64,000 bases of DNA from Hydrolagus affinis (taxonomy: Eukaryota), in assembly GCA_012026655.1 (NCBI GenBank), contig JAAILG010001080.1, forward strand, positions 1 through 64,000, read 5' to 3'. Both the position numbers and the translations under genes were made by a program. Below the pieces are notes generated by a model, which was given only the letters and a program-made list of their open reading frames with translations, was not told the DNA's origin and made no database searches. Shown here piece after piece: positions 24,775 to 38,700 of the stretch. Position 1 is the stretch's first letter. Each line of letters opens with the position of its first letter.

Positions 24775-27309
24775 CATACCTTTTGTCACAACTTTGTCAG
24801 CAAATCCGCCACTGCTGAAAAAATAAACCAGAGTCTTTACACGACAGGAAGATGATTCAAAGTGCTTCATGGGATTTACCGTATCTTGGGAGGTGAATGC
24901 GGCAGCCAAATTTAGACACAGCAATGTCCCGCGAACAGCCATGAAGCGAATGAGCAATTTTACCTGAGGTTAGACGGAAACCTGGGGAGAAACTCCCTTG
25001 TCTTTTCCAATAAAAATAGCGGATACAAAGTTGCAGCCGCACAAAAGTGCACCAAATGCTGTATGTACAGCTAGTGGTTACTTGTCGTGTACAGTAAGAC
25101 TAGAAAGGTCAACATTTACCACTGAAATATTGATCTTAATGCCTACACCCTGAGTATTTCTTTGCAAGGTGATGTTTCTGCTGCCCCTTGTTTAGCGACC
25201 TCATTGAAATTCATTCACTGAGCTTGACAACCAATACGTTCTTCTTCAAATCACGTACAGAATGAATTTATGGAGGCTTAAGGCACTGCCGATGTGCTTC
25301 CATCCATCTCTTCCCTTCATTTTTAAATAAAGGTGGCTTTGTATCTGGTTGTAAATTAAGTAAAAGCTTCTCCGCCGTAGACGTGTGCTGAAGGAAATCT
25401 TTCGTGTGTTTCAGATGCACGCTGAATAATTCTGAAGTAAAAACGGACTGGCGGTGGCTGGAGATTGTTCATGAAGCTAATCTATCTATTCCAGTCTCCC
25501 ACAGAAACTCTCTATCCATAAACCAACCCTACATATCAATAAAAAAGAGAGCTACATATTACATTGCTTGGAGTCAGAGGAGATTCTAGTAGTCATAGAT
25601 ACATTTGGACCTCAGGCTAGAAACAAAATTGAAAAGCTGAAAGAAAAATTGTACTTATTCCTCCGAGGAATTGTTTAGATGTTTACTGATCTGGCTGGTG
25701 GTATATGTTAAGAGTTTATGCGGACTTTAGGAATACTAAATCCTGAATGAAAGTGTCAATAATCATGTGTACTCTGCTGGGTATATTTCAATTGCTTTGG
25801 GATTGGGATTTTCAATTGATCTGGGATATGGAAATAGATTTTGTCGGTCCTCTGTGTGAGGTAAGATCTATGTTAATTCAATGCTGAATTAATCCAGCAT
25901 GTTTAAATGGAGGGGAAATCAATGTGGGTATAAAAGAGCCTGTACTGCCAACACTCTTTGTCCTCCTGACTGAATGAGAGATGGAATTGGCAAGACTTTA
26001 AAAAGAGGCATACTAAACAGAGATACTGTAACAGCTATTCATATGAAACCTTGCATTTGAAATGGTGCTTTCTCACATCATGAGGGCATCTCTCAGGATG
26101 GATATTCCGTAATATCATATAATATTAATATAAGTGATTGTACATTTTGTAGGTGTTCTCAGATGACTATGATCTTGTGCTAGACAGAGAGGACAATAAG
26201 AGAGAGCGATGACAGGATGAACAGTAGGTACATTTTAATAAAAAAATGTTTTATACCCATTTAAAATTCTATTGATTTCAGTGATGTAGGTTAACATTAC
26301 ATTGATAAAAGCACCCTGACATTTGAGTAGCTTTAAGTGCCTTTATGTTAGTATTGTACTTAGCTTCACAGTGCGTTAGCTAAAAAAAACATACAAAATA
26401 GGTTGGCGCACTGAAACAGAACTCTCCGTAGAACTGCCAACACTCCAAGGATTAATATGTGGGTTCCTTAAGCTTCCTACTGTTTCATCTGTTCAGAACC
26501 TCTGATGGTAATTGCTTTGTTCTGTTAATCAATAGCTTTCCCAACTTTGGCCAAATCCTTTTAAAGCGGGGTCACGCTTTTCATGATCGATCGTTCAATG
26601 TACGAAAGTTGAGGTGGAGAGAGAGAGAGCAAATGCAATTCAGAAAAGAGAAAGGGAGTTTTTTTTTAACCGTATCGTGGGAAAGGGACTTCAATTTCTG
26701 CCCGTCTAAAAGCGCCAGGTCCTGCGCTGGATAATTACCCAAGTAATGGCAAGTCTCGGCCAGTTACTTACAAGGTGGTTTAAGCTCTTCATACCTGATT
26801 ACCCCATGAACCGCAATAAATCTTGTGTTGAACCCACTGAGTTTCTTGTGCCACAATGAAATACATTAGTGATAAATTATAAGCTCTTAACCATTTTTTT
26901 TAAAGGAAGAAAATCTGCCTATTAGAAACCTCAATGTAACAGCTAAGTACTGTACCATTAATTGCCCTTTAAAGCTTGTGTTGGATTTGGCTTTCTGCAG
27001 TTTGAGCGGTGGGTGCTTGGGGGTGGGGGGGGGTTGGGAGGGTTAGGGGGCAGAGCCATGGTTACTGCATTAATCATACAGGTGAAAGATGATTATTCAG
27101 CTGGCATGTTACCAAGTTGCTAAGTTTTGCACCACGGACTAACCCTGGACCGTTATTCGATCATAATAGATTTTATCGACAATATCTCACAAGGTTCCCC
27201 CTCTCTCAATCCCGAACAAAAAAGCAGTTTGTTGCTGTGATGGGAGGCGGGTGGCAAAATGGGTGTTCTATGCAGATGAGATGAGATCAGATGAGCTGAA
27301 GCGCATTGT

Positions 27310-27452
27310 GGCTGCCACGTTAGCCCACAAAATATACACAGTCACGTCACTTTACACTATATCCTCTGAAAAGCTTTGAGACATCGCGACGATGCGACAA
27401 GTCGCTGTATCAAGTGCAAGGATTAATAATCTGATGATGATTATTATTATTA
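27310..27452 (+). mobile_element. SINE 3' fragment
   Basis: ggctgccacgttagcccacaaaatatacacagtca...gctttgagacatc...atcaagtgcaaggatt. Confidence 0.75.
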
Positions 27453-27592
27453 TCCAACCGATCTTTTGATAGCGGCAGTGATCCCTTGGTGTAGGAATAT
27501 TCCTTGCAGGCAGTTTTGTGCTGTGTGGTTTTTTTCCCTGCATTGGAAAAGAAAATGGAAAAAGAAACAAAGGAGTCCGATATATATTGGGT

Positions 27593-27692
27593 NNNNNNNN
27601 NNNNNNNNNNNNNNNNNNNNNNNNNNNNNNNNNNNNNNNNNNNNNNNNNNNNNNNNNNNNNNNNNNNNNNNNNNNNNNNNNNNNNNNNNNNN
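27593..27692. other. Assembly gap (100 N)
   Basis: Run of exactly 100 N. Confidence 0.99.
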
Positions 27693-28025
27693 AAATGAGA
27701 ATTCTTAAAGGGTGCCTGTGTGCGCGTGTGTTCATTCGTCATTTTTGACAGCTTATGAAAAGTAAATAAATCTTAGCATCGGATCGCATCCTCGGAGCTC
27801 TTTGAAGCTATCATTAGTGGCTTGTGGCAAATACGTAAAACTGCTTCATCCAATGCGATCTCACTGGCATTTTAAAATAATGTCTCATTTATGACCACTT
27901 TCAAGCTATTTATTTTCATACACCTTCATTACACCCCCACCCCCGACGCAAGCCTGGGTGTCAAGCCTGTCCATCTCGTCATTACACCTGTTCCTCACAG
28001 GCCTTTGACAGTGCCGTTAACTAGT

Positions 28026-28089
28026 TCCCTCCCTCCCTCCCTCCCTCCCTCACTCCCTCACTCACTCACTCACTCACTCACTCACTCAC
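28026..28089 (+). repeat. Compound (TCCC)n/(TCAC)n microsatellite
   Basis: tccctccc...tcactccctcactcac... directly visible. Confidence 0.95.
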
Positions 28090-28424
28090 GCTTTGTAATA
28101 TCTCTCTCGCCACTCGTGGATTAAGTCTAGTCTGTAGTCCCCCTTGCTCGGATCCCGACTTGACAGTTCAATGCCTTGAGATGTAAATGTAATTTTGTTG
28201 TTCTTGTTGTTGTAGCCCCGGAACGTAAGACAAAAAAGTGAAGCTAAAGAGAGTATTGGAAAGTTCACTACACCTTCCAGAAATTTAAACGTCTCCACTT
28301 AATCTGAATGTATCACATTAGAGCACCTAAAGGTTAGCCTGTTAATCACATACGATATAAACAGGTTTCTCCTCAGCAAATTGAAGTTACTGAAACAGGA
28401 ATCGACCGTAGTAGAAATGAATAA

Positions 28425-28530
28425 AAAGTTGCATTTGATATAGTGCCTTATTATGTCTTCGAAACGTCTCAAAGTGCTTCGTAGAATATATGGTAAAGTG
28501 AATTGACTGTGTATTTTATGGGTGAAATTG
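28425..28530 (-). mobile_element. SINE 3' fragment
   Basis: ttgcatttgatatagtgcctt...aaagtgaattgactgtgtattttatgggtgaaa. Confidence 0.75.
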
Positions 28531-29727
28531 CCCTGGAGATGGAAATTTCTGATTTTATGCTCTTGCAGTGTTGTTAGCTGCTTCCCTCGATGTGTAGATA
28601 CAATTGAAGGAAGGAAATATCCCTCAGCAGATTTATTGGCCATTTCAAGGCCTGTAAATGCTTCTTCGCCAAGAGTAAATTCGTTTTCACAATTGCATCA
28701 TTACATCTCAAAGAAGAAGAAAAATGCTAATAAGGATTAGCGAGTTTTGCCCTCCGAAAAAAAAATACCAGCCACCCGGTAACAATTCCAGTCAGAAATC
28801 CAATCAGTCCTCCAAACAGCGCCTGGATTTTTTTTAAAAGAAAATGTTTGATTTCTTCCAGCACAATCAGACTGTACAAAAATAACCAGTTTCCACAATC
28901 GTTACAATATCTCAAATCTTTGCTCAAGTAGTTTGACTTATCAAGGACACCTTCAAACTTACTCAGCGCAACTTTTTATTCAGGGGTAACAGGGATCTAG
29001 GGTTTCTGTTGCATTGCAAACCCTTCTTTCCCGTTGATTTCCAAAATATCTTAAAAGCTTTTATCCCGCATGGCCCCCAGGCTTTTTGTGTTTCCCAAGC
29101 CCACGTGTTGGTTTCAGTGAAAGATCGTGGAACAGGAGAATAGGTCTCATGCTCTCGTCTCCTACTTTTTGCGAGGCTTTGTATCAAAGCAGAAACTCTA
29201 CAGGAGCACAGACTAATTAAAACAATCTGATCCGGAATAAGTTCCTCAAATTACTTTTTGATAAGCCTGGGCAAGACGGATAATGGCAATTTTATTCCTT
29301 CACTGATTTAACTCCACTATTTGCTGTCAGTTTTCGGCAAATTGGGGTTAACTCACATTCGCTAATTAACTGGTTGCTTTTTTTCACAATTCAGTGAATT
29401 AGTTCAGTGGCAGAGTGTGTTTTCATACTATGCTTCGCCCCCACAAGCATTGAAACCCAGAACCATGCAGTCCTACTGCTCAACTGCCTGAGTCAGATAC
29501 ATTAATACATGCATTTCATTGTGTGCCTTTCATGTCGGAAGGAGTTCCCAAAGATGTCTTACTTGTTAACATTGGGGGTAGATGGCCTGCAATTGTCTTC
29601 TCTGATCCTAGGTTCCAGTAAATCAAACCCATCTCCTGGTCATTAAAGATTTAGAATTGCAAAGGAGCAATTTCAGAAGAGATACCTGGAAGTATTTATT
29701 TACTCTCTGGAACTAAATACAGTGCTT

Positions 29728-30038
29728 AATAATAATAATTTTTGCATTTCGTATAGCGCTTTTCACATTATCCAAATGTCTCAAAGCGTTTCACAGAATA
29801 TACTGTGAAGTAAATTGACTGTATATTTGTAGGCGAAATGTGGCAGCCAATTACGCACAGTAGCGTCCAACAAACAATCGTGGATTGAAATTTTATGATT
29901 GTGTTTTTTTTTGAAGGGATTATTATTAGGCATGTGGAGTAAGGAAACTTGTCAAGGTTTCGCCCTGACCTGCCTGGATTCGAACACAGGTCTCACGCTT
30001 GTAGGGCGAGTGCTCTAACCACTGAGCTACAGGACTCC
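29728..30038 (-). mobile_element. Full-length tRNA-derived SINE (variant with caggtcaggg after the B box)
   Basis: Reverse complement begins GGAGTCCTGTAGCTCAGTGGTTAGAGCACTCGCCCTACAAGCG...GTTCGAATCC and ends in (ATT)n. Confidence 0.9.
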
Positions 30039-30490
30039 ATAAGGACTCTACTTCCTTCTGTCTGTCCTGAAATTGCCCCTTTGCAACCCTAAATCTTTGT
30101 TCTCTTTTTCTTTTCAAACACATCAGTTGAGTCTATCACACACACATTTTTCTGGGTTCAATGCATTCTCAGAATTACTATTTTCCAACGATCGTTTTCC
30201 AAGATCATCAAGAAACAGAACTCACATGGGAGCTTATTTAAACTGTGGATATTTAGGACCCAGTGCCAGTATTAATTATATTGTCGAAACAATCTGGTAG
30301 ATAACTGTTTAATGTGGTCCAGTCACTTGTGCCGTAAAACTGAGCACTGATGGGAGTTAAGGAGGTTAGTTTAACAGGCAATAAAGCTGTCATGTGGAAG
30401 AAGGGGGTATAAGGAGAAGCAATCAGCACGCAAAAGGGTTGGTACATTGGATTACTGGTGAAGCAAAATGGATTAGCGCGAGTCTAATTT

Positions 30491-30582
30491 CATAGAATCA
30501 TAGAATCATAGAATTTTACGGCACAAAAGGAGGCCATTCGGCCCATCTAGTCTGTGCCGGCTCTTTGAAAAGAGCGATTCAA
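30491..30582 (-). mobile_element. CR1 extreme 3' end with (ATTCTATG)3 tail
   Basis: catagaatcatagaatcatagaattttacggcacaaaaggaggccattcggcccatc. Confidence 0.85.
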
Positions 30583-31034
30583 TTTATTTTGCTTATAGAT
30601 TGCATCCTACGTTCACATCATATTTGTTGTGTGGTTCAAATAGCGTGGGAGAGTGCTTAAAAAATCTCAGGTAATAATGAGCCTTATCAATCATACTCAA
30701 CTTTTTCTCAACCCTTCAAGGCCTTGTCCCACCCTACATGTGCAACCTCCTAACCCCCTACCAATCTGTTCGCTCCCTCATACAAATGTAATTTTGTAGT
30801 TGTTCATCAGAACAGCACTGGAAAGTGCTACTGCACTGCTCTACCGCACTGCCCCCAACATACAACATACAAGGGCTCAGATATCACCAAACACCACCCC
30901 TCCACACCCCCACACCCCACCCACCTCAATTTGCCAACAGTGAATTACAGTACATCTTATCTCAGAATCACCGAATGATATATGTGGCAATATTATTGAT
31001 ATTGACACCCGCACCACCATCACAAGTCATTTGC

Positions 31035-31140
31035 TTGTCAATCTCAACTGTGAGCTGAAGTCCCGATGTGAGGGCTTGAACCCACAAACCTTTTGACTTA
31101 ACAAGCGAGAGCGTGCTACCAACTGAGCCAGGCTAACACC
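31035..31140 (-). mobile_element. Head of older tRNA-Deu SINE
   Basis: Reverse complement ggtgttagcctggctcagttggtagcacgctctcg...gggttcaagccc (A and B boxes). Confidence 0.7.
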
Positions 31141-34100
31141 TGTGAATGTTTCACCAGGCAGGTGAACACCGGGACTGTCTAATGGTATCAGTACCAGACT
31201 TTTGAATGAATTCCACAGCTCATCACCAAGATCAAACCTTTGAAAGTGCTTCATGAGTTTGAGGAAGCTCCCCATCTTCGTTTTACAATAACAATCCTTG
31301 CATTCGAAACAGCACAAGGATGGGAGGTGGGCGAGGGCATATAAAATGAAAGAACTTTACTTTCTGAGCGGGTGTACAAAGTTTAAGGAGCTCTGACTTT
31401 TTCCGAGGGGGTTGAAGGAGGCAACTGCCTTTTACGCCTCGCTGCTTTTCAATCTACCAGCAAAGCTGCAAAGTAAAATCTGCTCCACTTTAATAATGTC
31501 CGCTGTATTAAGCAGAGCTTTCAAGTTGCTTTGCGTAAAGATAGGAAGATTCCCCGAATATGATGCCTAAAATCCAACAGGCTTTCTCCACATTGAAGAG
31601 AGAGAGAGAGTTTGGGAATCAGTGATGCTTGACACTGGGTGATTGGAACATTTATATTTGACTTAAACATAAAAATCTATGCAAACAAGCCAGGCAGCGC
31701 CTTTCAATATTTGCGACTGGGTTGTGCATTATCCTTACTCCGTCCCAATCCAGATTGGGGGAGTTTCGTGTTGTTTGAGGTGCCGTCTTTCGGATGAGAC
31801 TGTGCAGGTGTTTAGCGCTACTTGAAAAGAGAAGGTGTCCTGGCCAAAATGGACACCAGAAAACATTGGTTCATTCGCTTTGTGGCTTAAAGAAATGAAG
31901 CCGCTACACTTAATGGTAAATCCTGTGAGAAGCTCACCTCCTCGCTAGGTATAAAGGCTGAGCCATTGGAGGAAGTAAGACCTCAAGATTACAATGTAAT
32001 AACTGTATCACATACAGAAACATTTCACTGAAGTGGCACATGACGAAGAAGTAGCTCCGATGAAGAAGAACCCTTTGACCCATCCTATCACATCTGTCCA
32101 GAATACCCACTCTACCGTCCTCCCGTCACAGCATCAAGCTGCTTTTTAAATGAGTCCCAATGTTCTTTTTCTCTCCCGCCCTCCTTCCCTTCTACGACTA
32201 ATTGTGCCGCTAGATTATGAACTCAGAGTCATAAAACTCCTCGAACTTTTCAAGTAGTTTTCAGTGTTCAAACTGCACTGCCCATCTCTGGAACTACAGC
32301 AACCGCCAAAGAGTTAATTCACAGTACTCTGAGCTGGGTTGTGTTTCGCTGCTTAATGAAGTGAATAGAATGGTTAGAAAAAAAGACTTAAGTCTCTCCA
32401 AAACTAGCAAATTCAATGAGTCATAGAACAATTAGGATTGGTTTTGGTGATGCAGTGCTGATGATGATGATGTGATTTGGATTGTCACTGTTGGAAAGGT
32501 GTGCAATGTACTCGTGTGAAACCACAGTGACTAAATATTAGACAAAGTGTTAATTAGGGCTGCACACAAAGGAGCTACTCAGCCTCAATAGACCTGAGTT
32601 TTACACCTGAGGTGGGATTCTCCTGGACACACTGCCTTAGGTTCTCTGAGGACCCTTCACCTGAACAACTAGGTTACAATCACATAGTGTATTTCCCAGT
32701 GTTTGTCATCACCAAGCACAGAAGAGCTTTGCTATAAGAGCTTCATAAATCATTAATAACTCTCTTGAGTTTTCTCTACTTTGTTTCACTCTGAGAGCCA
32801 GAAGGTAATTCCAATCTGTCGTATCTAGTGGGGTGGGAGTGGGGGGCAATTTATTCATCATTCTGCACCCTACGAGGGGTGTAAGATAAATAATTTCACA
32901 AGTGAGCTGGTTTGACACCTCATGAGAGACTAATTCTTTCAATGTCTTAGCTGGCAATGTAGCAAGTGGAATTATCTGTTACTTACACAATACGCCTCTG
33001 TTTACAACACTTTATTTTGGCGAGGCTTCATCCAAGTTGGAAACAGGAGGGATAGTGAGTCTGAGTGATGCCTAGAAATTTTACTCTCCTTACTGAGACG
33101 TTTGTGTCTTGGATCAAGCACTGGTGAATGAAGGCGGTTAGCAAAGAGAGCAAGAAAGGCAAGGTGCCAGGAGTTGGAGGTGGGTGGTGGGGGGGCAGGA
33201 GTTGGAGGTGGGTGGTGGGGGGTGCACGGTGGTGGGGAGTTGGTTGGTGGGAAGAAATGATAAGATTCAGCAGAGGAAAACACTGGAGTTAGAAAAATAA
33301 AGCACTCTGGGAACCAGTCTGTCAAGAAAAATCCAGGGAACATCCATCATGTTAAAATGCCAGAAACAAGTTTTGAAAGAACAAAAAAAAAGGCACAATT
33401 GGGAAAAAAAATATACTGTCAACTTACAAAAGCATATTTACAAAATATTGCATCTGTGCCTCGATTCCTCTCTGCTGTGTATGTTTTAAAATATAGTCAA
33501 CTGTATAATCTCCCTCACATTATTTTTGTTATGTTTTACTCCAAAGAACAAAAGAGGCATTAGGAAGACACAAAGTAGGCACTAATCACCCAATTGATTT
33601 TATTGGCCATATTTTATGCTGGCGGTTGCTGGCGGCCGTTTTAATGGCAAGCTCAAGGTTTTGGAGAAGATAGTGCCAATTGATTAGACTGAATAGGAAG
33701 TCAGCAGCAGAAGACATCCAATGAAGCCAGAGTACTTTGATAAGACCATGATTTAATGAGAGGTCAAATATTTAAGCAGACAACAGGAGGGGAGCACAGT
33801 GTGCTTGTTGTTCTATACATACTTCTGTGATTCGACCAGGCAGTGTTCATAGCTAGGTCCCCCTGATCTGTGGGTTCCCAGTCTTTGATGCAGGACTTCA
33901 TCCAAAGAGGGAACAGGTTAAGCCCTGGCTACTTTCACACTCTTTTTTTAATCAAATGCATCAAAAGAGTACTCAGCTTTGGAGCCCACCTTAAGGGCTG
34001 TGCAGCAAAACAGAGCGAAATAAGCACTACCATTACACAAGTTTTTTTTTAGGAAGAACAGAAGGAACCATGCAACGAGAAGACCAAACATTGGGTTTGC

Positions 34101-35769
34101 GAAGCCTGTCAGACGAATAACTAATTAAACCGCCAGGAAAAACCTATCTGAGCAGGAGTCACTCAGGAAATCTTTAATTAAAAGAAATCAACCTCTTGGC
34201 CAAATCACACGAGGTTTTGGGGGCAGTTGTTGGGTTATAGGAAAAAAAAACATCCGAGAGGGATTTAAATACTCGTTCAAAGGAAGCGAAGACACCTGAG
34301 AAGTTAACATTCGGACAAATCAAACGCAGAAGAAAAGGTAAGAAAACAACAAATCCGCACTTACATCTCCCGGAGGACATGACAGCAAACAAATTTATGT
34401 TGTGTTTATATTAGCAAATGGAAATTGGTTTCCTTTCAAAATTGGCTGAGATTCAAGCCCTGTTTGGCAGCGATACAGCAAAACACGGCAATCCAAATCA
34501 ATAGAGAAGCAAATTCAGCTTAGGGACAGGTCTCACTCCAGTGCTGATTCGATGCATTGCAAGGGATGTCCAGGGGCCTGAAATTCCACGCAGTCTCAAC
34601 GTGTGTTGCATGTTGTTTTAGTGACATAATTGGCAATTGAATATGGATGAGGAATAAAAGGATTCTGGGAAGAGTGACTTGCAGATTTGAACGAGAGTGT
34701 GGTTTGTAAAGTTTGCATTAAACAACTGAGCGAATCTGCATTTTGTGGATGAAATGACATTACAGCATGTTGAATTACCTTGTCCTAAATTTTCTGATCT
34801 GGCAGATTTATAGAAAAATTCTTAACTTTGCTGTTGCATTAGAAGCTTTTTTTGGGGGACAGGTCTTACAAAGATCTGGCTTCCAAATTACAACTGAATT
34901 TTAAAAACTCTTCTCAAATACAATGTTAATTTCTAAAGCCTTGAAACTTTGCTACATTTTCACCTGAATAAAAACTCACTTCAATTCAGGTGTCTCTGAG
35001 ATGTGATCAGGCGCTATCTTAAAAGCAAGGATTATTATTATTATTGTTAAAGATACCAGCTGAGCCTTTCTTTTTGGCACGGTGGCTAGTTTGCATAATC
35101 CATCTTTTTAAACATGAAACATAAATCAATTTCCTTTGACAATAAGTTAGTCTTAATGTGTTTTTAGAATGCAACATCATGTCCTACAAACAAGCCCCCG
35201 ACACCAATCTCCATTGCTGGCTTTAATTAACTTTGCAGTGTGTTCAAGAGTAGATTATACAGACACAGGGTATCTCATGCTTTGATCAGTTTGTTGTCCT
35301 CTGCTCCATCACGAAAGTTCACTCTAATAAGCGAGGAGACAGACAATTTAAAATTTCGCTCTTCGACTCAGAACATTGGACTGTCACTTTCAGTCTCTGA
35401 CCCATTGTTGACAGCTGGCTCCTGCCTGACAACAATATCAACCTGATTTAATAATCGTTCAACATAAGTTAAAGAAAGCAATCTGCCAGTCGGATTGGAA
35501 TACTCATCGTTAATCGTACTCGAGATCAGTCTGTCTTGACTTCATGTTCCAGCTCTCTGACATTTTGCTGTGGGTTACTTACTCAATGTTCTTTCCCAGG
35601 CACAGTACCGTACAGCCCTGGGCAGTATCGACAACAAAGACTTGGGTTTATACAGCGCCGTTCAAGTAATATAACGATTCGCAGACCTTCTCAGGGCAGT
35701 GGGGCGTCAAGAAAGGCAGGGGGAATATAGCGATAGGGTGACTACAAATATCGTCAAATAAGGTAGAGG

Positions 35770-36030
35770 GTGGATCTGCTCCTCTGAGAAATGCCCATTT
35801 TGAAATCTTTGAGCAAGCACAGGTACGATGGCCTAAATGAACTTCTTCTGTACTGTAAATTTTCCTTTTCGATCGTGCCTTCTGCCGCCCTCCCACCTCT
35901 CTCCCTCTCCCCTCCTCTCCTCCCGTCCCCCCTACAGTATCCCTCCCGACCCCTGACTATTCAGTGCCTTAGGACGTCCTCCTGACATGAAAGGCGCTCT
36001 ATAGTTGTAATTTTTTGTAGTTTTGTAGTA
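35770..36030 (+). mobile_element. CR1 3' end (about 35770-35865) followed by a C-rich L2 3' tail (about 35885-36030)
   Basis: agcacaggtacgatggcctaaatgaacttcttctgtactgtaaa, then cccgacccctgactattcagtgccttaggacgtcctcctgacatgaaaggcgct. Confidence 0.7.
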
Positions 36031-37267
36031 AGTTTCTTTGGCTCTACCGTATAAAACATTTATTAAGAAAACGTACAAGGAGAAAGAGGAAAACAAAGGC
36101 AGTCATGCCAAACAACCTCATTCTTTCCAGAGGCCAAACATAATAGGCTCTGTGATTTATTTTTCACATCCCATGGTATTCATCCTTCACTGACTGCCTT
36201 GCTCATTGTGACAGTTCCACAGTCCCAGCAGTTCAGAAATGCTCCTATTCCACCCAGTATTCAATCACGTCAACCTCTGTAAACTTTCTTCAATCAGGCT
36301 CATCAACTTCCCTGGTGGACTTGATCCCAAAGTACTAATCCAGTAACTCAAATTCTAATCTGGTTCCTGCTTATTGAGTTGAAATTCTATTTTGAACCAG
36401 ATACAATTGCATTATTTTCTAATAAGAATAATCCTTGCGTTTGAAATAGCGCTTTATTATCAATGCTAAATGGGAAATCTCAAAGTGCTTCACAAAAGAT
36501 ATTGTAAAATAGATTTGACTGTGATATCACACGCTACAATTTTGCCCACTGTAGCTCAACTTAGAAACACTTCCAAAAAACATTTGGGTTCTCATTATCT
36601 GGATGATTGTGGCTTGACTCCTGTTGTCAAATAATAAAACTGATGTCTGCATAGACAAAGGTCAAGACTGGTTAACTGCTTGATGAAGGCAGAATCCCGA
36701 ATCCACAAGCAATTAAAAGCCAATATCATCCAGAAGGAGTTTTTAATTAAAAATTTATTGTGTGTAAATATCAGCCCCGTTTGGGGGGAATCAGTCGGGT
36801 GTCTGATGCATGCGGAAATCCATCACCATACTTGAGAGTAATATTCGGACCAGACTGAGAATTCTACCAATAAATGGAAATTGCAGTGGCAGGTTGTTGG
36901 AATGGAATGTGCATTCTCTTCCTGGAGGAATGCGTCCTGCTTTTCAGGAAAGTATTAGGTTCAAGTTGGCGAGAGTCAAGGTTTGGGAACGCTAGCCAGA
37001 GTGTGCGTGGGGGTAACCAGCTAAAGCCGCATAATCCTTGTAATAATTACATTTACATTCATGATTGCACTTGCAAAGAAGGTAAGGAGACACATTAAAT
37101 GTCTTAAAAGTAATCAGTCACAATTTGGGCAATCAGTCAACTTTCTCACCATTTTCGAAGCACTAGTTTTAATAGTGCATCTTTTATTCAGTTACTGTAT
37201 ATATATTGTTATTGTATATATATTTCACTGGTATATTTATATTATTTATTTTGCTTATGGAGCCCTT

Positions 37268-37430
37268 AATAATAATAATACTTGCGTTTGATGTAGCACT
37301 TTTCACATCTTCTAGACGTCTCAAAGCGCTTCACAGAATCTACTGTAAAGTGAATTGACTGTATATTTTGCAGGCGAAACTGTTAGGAAAACTTACTGCT
37401 CGGTAAACAGGGGCGTGGAAACTTGCCTAA
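37268..37430 (-). mobile_element. SINE (long form) with internal deletion
   Basis: Full tail at 37268-37380, then tactgctcggtaaacaggggcgtggaaacttgcctaa resembling 57025-57070. Confidence 0.7.
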
Positions 37431-38162
37431 CATTAACCGTGCTCTGTATTAAATGCTTTAGCCCGATGAGGGGCCACCTGGACTTGCCAAAAAAAACACA
37501 GCACAAATGCAAATGTAATTTGAATGTCAGGAGTGGCCGATTTTGAGTTGCATCTGACACTGTAATGATATTCTTGCTGCATTCAAATGAGGTGTGAGTG
37601 TCGCTGGCGTGCCTTGTTATACTGTTTGATTGACTTTAGCATGGAGGAGAAATGGCCTCTCTGTGCACCTTTCAAAGCAAGTTTTCACCACTACCACCTC
37701 CTCCCTCCACCTTGCCTCCCACCTATATTTTTTTTGTCAATAAACGCTTCAGCGGTTAAAAGGTGAACGAATGCATAAGTAATATGGATGCTGCCTTTTC
37801 AGGGAATCGGTATATCTCAATTTACTCGTTAGACGCATCGATGCTAAGACTCCAAGGAGCAAGAGAAAGCAAGCAGCTTTGCCCTGTTTGCAGCCTGGTT
37901 TGAAACCATCAAAACAGCAGAGTCAAAGGCCAGCACCCAAATGGTGCCCTGAGATGGAGAAGGTTGTTTTGACTAATCACGATAGCTTTGCGCCACCCTG
38001 TGCCAGCTGAGGACCCTATAAGACACTTTGGCTGCCTTGTCGCCACAGAATGGACAATCAATTTCACACGGGAGCTAGCGAACCAACCAACCCAGACAGA
38101 CACATTTTCCTTTCCATGACTGGGAAATGTAGATGTCAGCGATCAAGGGGTTTGAGAGCAGA

Positions 38163-38255
38163 GGAACATAGGAACAGGAGTAGGTCATTCAGCCCCTTGA
38201 GCCTGTTCTGCCGTTCTATCGGATTATGCACCTCAACTCTATTTACCCACTTTGC
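38163..38255 (-). mobile_element. CR1 3' end (older family)
   Basis: ggaacataggaacaggagtaggtcattcagccccttgagcctgttctgcc. Confidence 0.7.
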
Positions 38256-38327
38256 ATGGAGTAAAAAATGGAATATGCCACAGTCTGCTTTGCTCTAAAG
38301 TGGCACCCACGAACATTCTTTAGCTTA

Positions 38328-38700
38328 CAGCAACAACAACAACTTTGATTTATATAGAGCCTTCCAGACGGCGTCTCAGAGCGCTTCACAATAGTGGATC
38401 CCGGGACCGAGCCAGGGGCAGGGGTAGAAAGGTGACCAAAGGCACGATCGAAGAGAAAGGTCTTCAGCTGGGAGCCGAAGCTGAGAAAAGAGGGGGCGAG
38501 GCGAAGGTAGTGAGGAAGGGAATTCCAGAGCCTCGGGGCATAGTGGCTGAAGGCACGGCCGCCGAGGGTGGAGCGAAGGATTCGGGGGGACATGGAGGAG
38601 GCCAGACCCAGTGGAGCGAAAGCAACGGGTGCTGGTTTGAGGAGAGAGGTCAGAGAGGTAGGGGGGTGCAAAGGAGTGGAGGGATTTGAAGACATGGGAT
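38328..38700 (-). mobile_element. L2 LINE 3' end (ORF2 C-terminus plus tail)
   Basis: ORF 38243-38725 contains STLGGRAFSHYAPRLWNSLPHYLRLAPSFLSFGSQLKTFLFDRAF, the classic L2 ORF2 C-terminus. (GTT)n tail. Confidence 0.9.
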
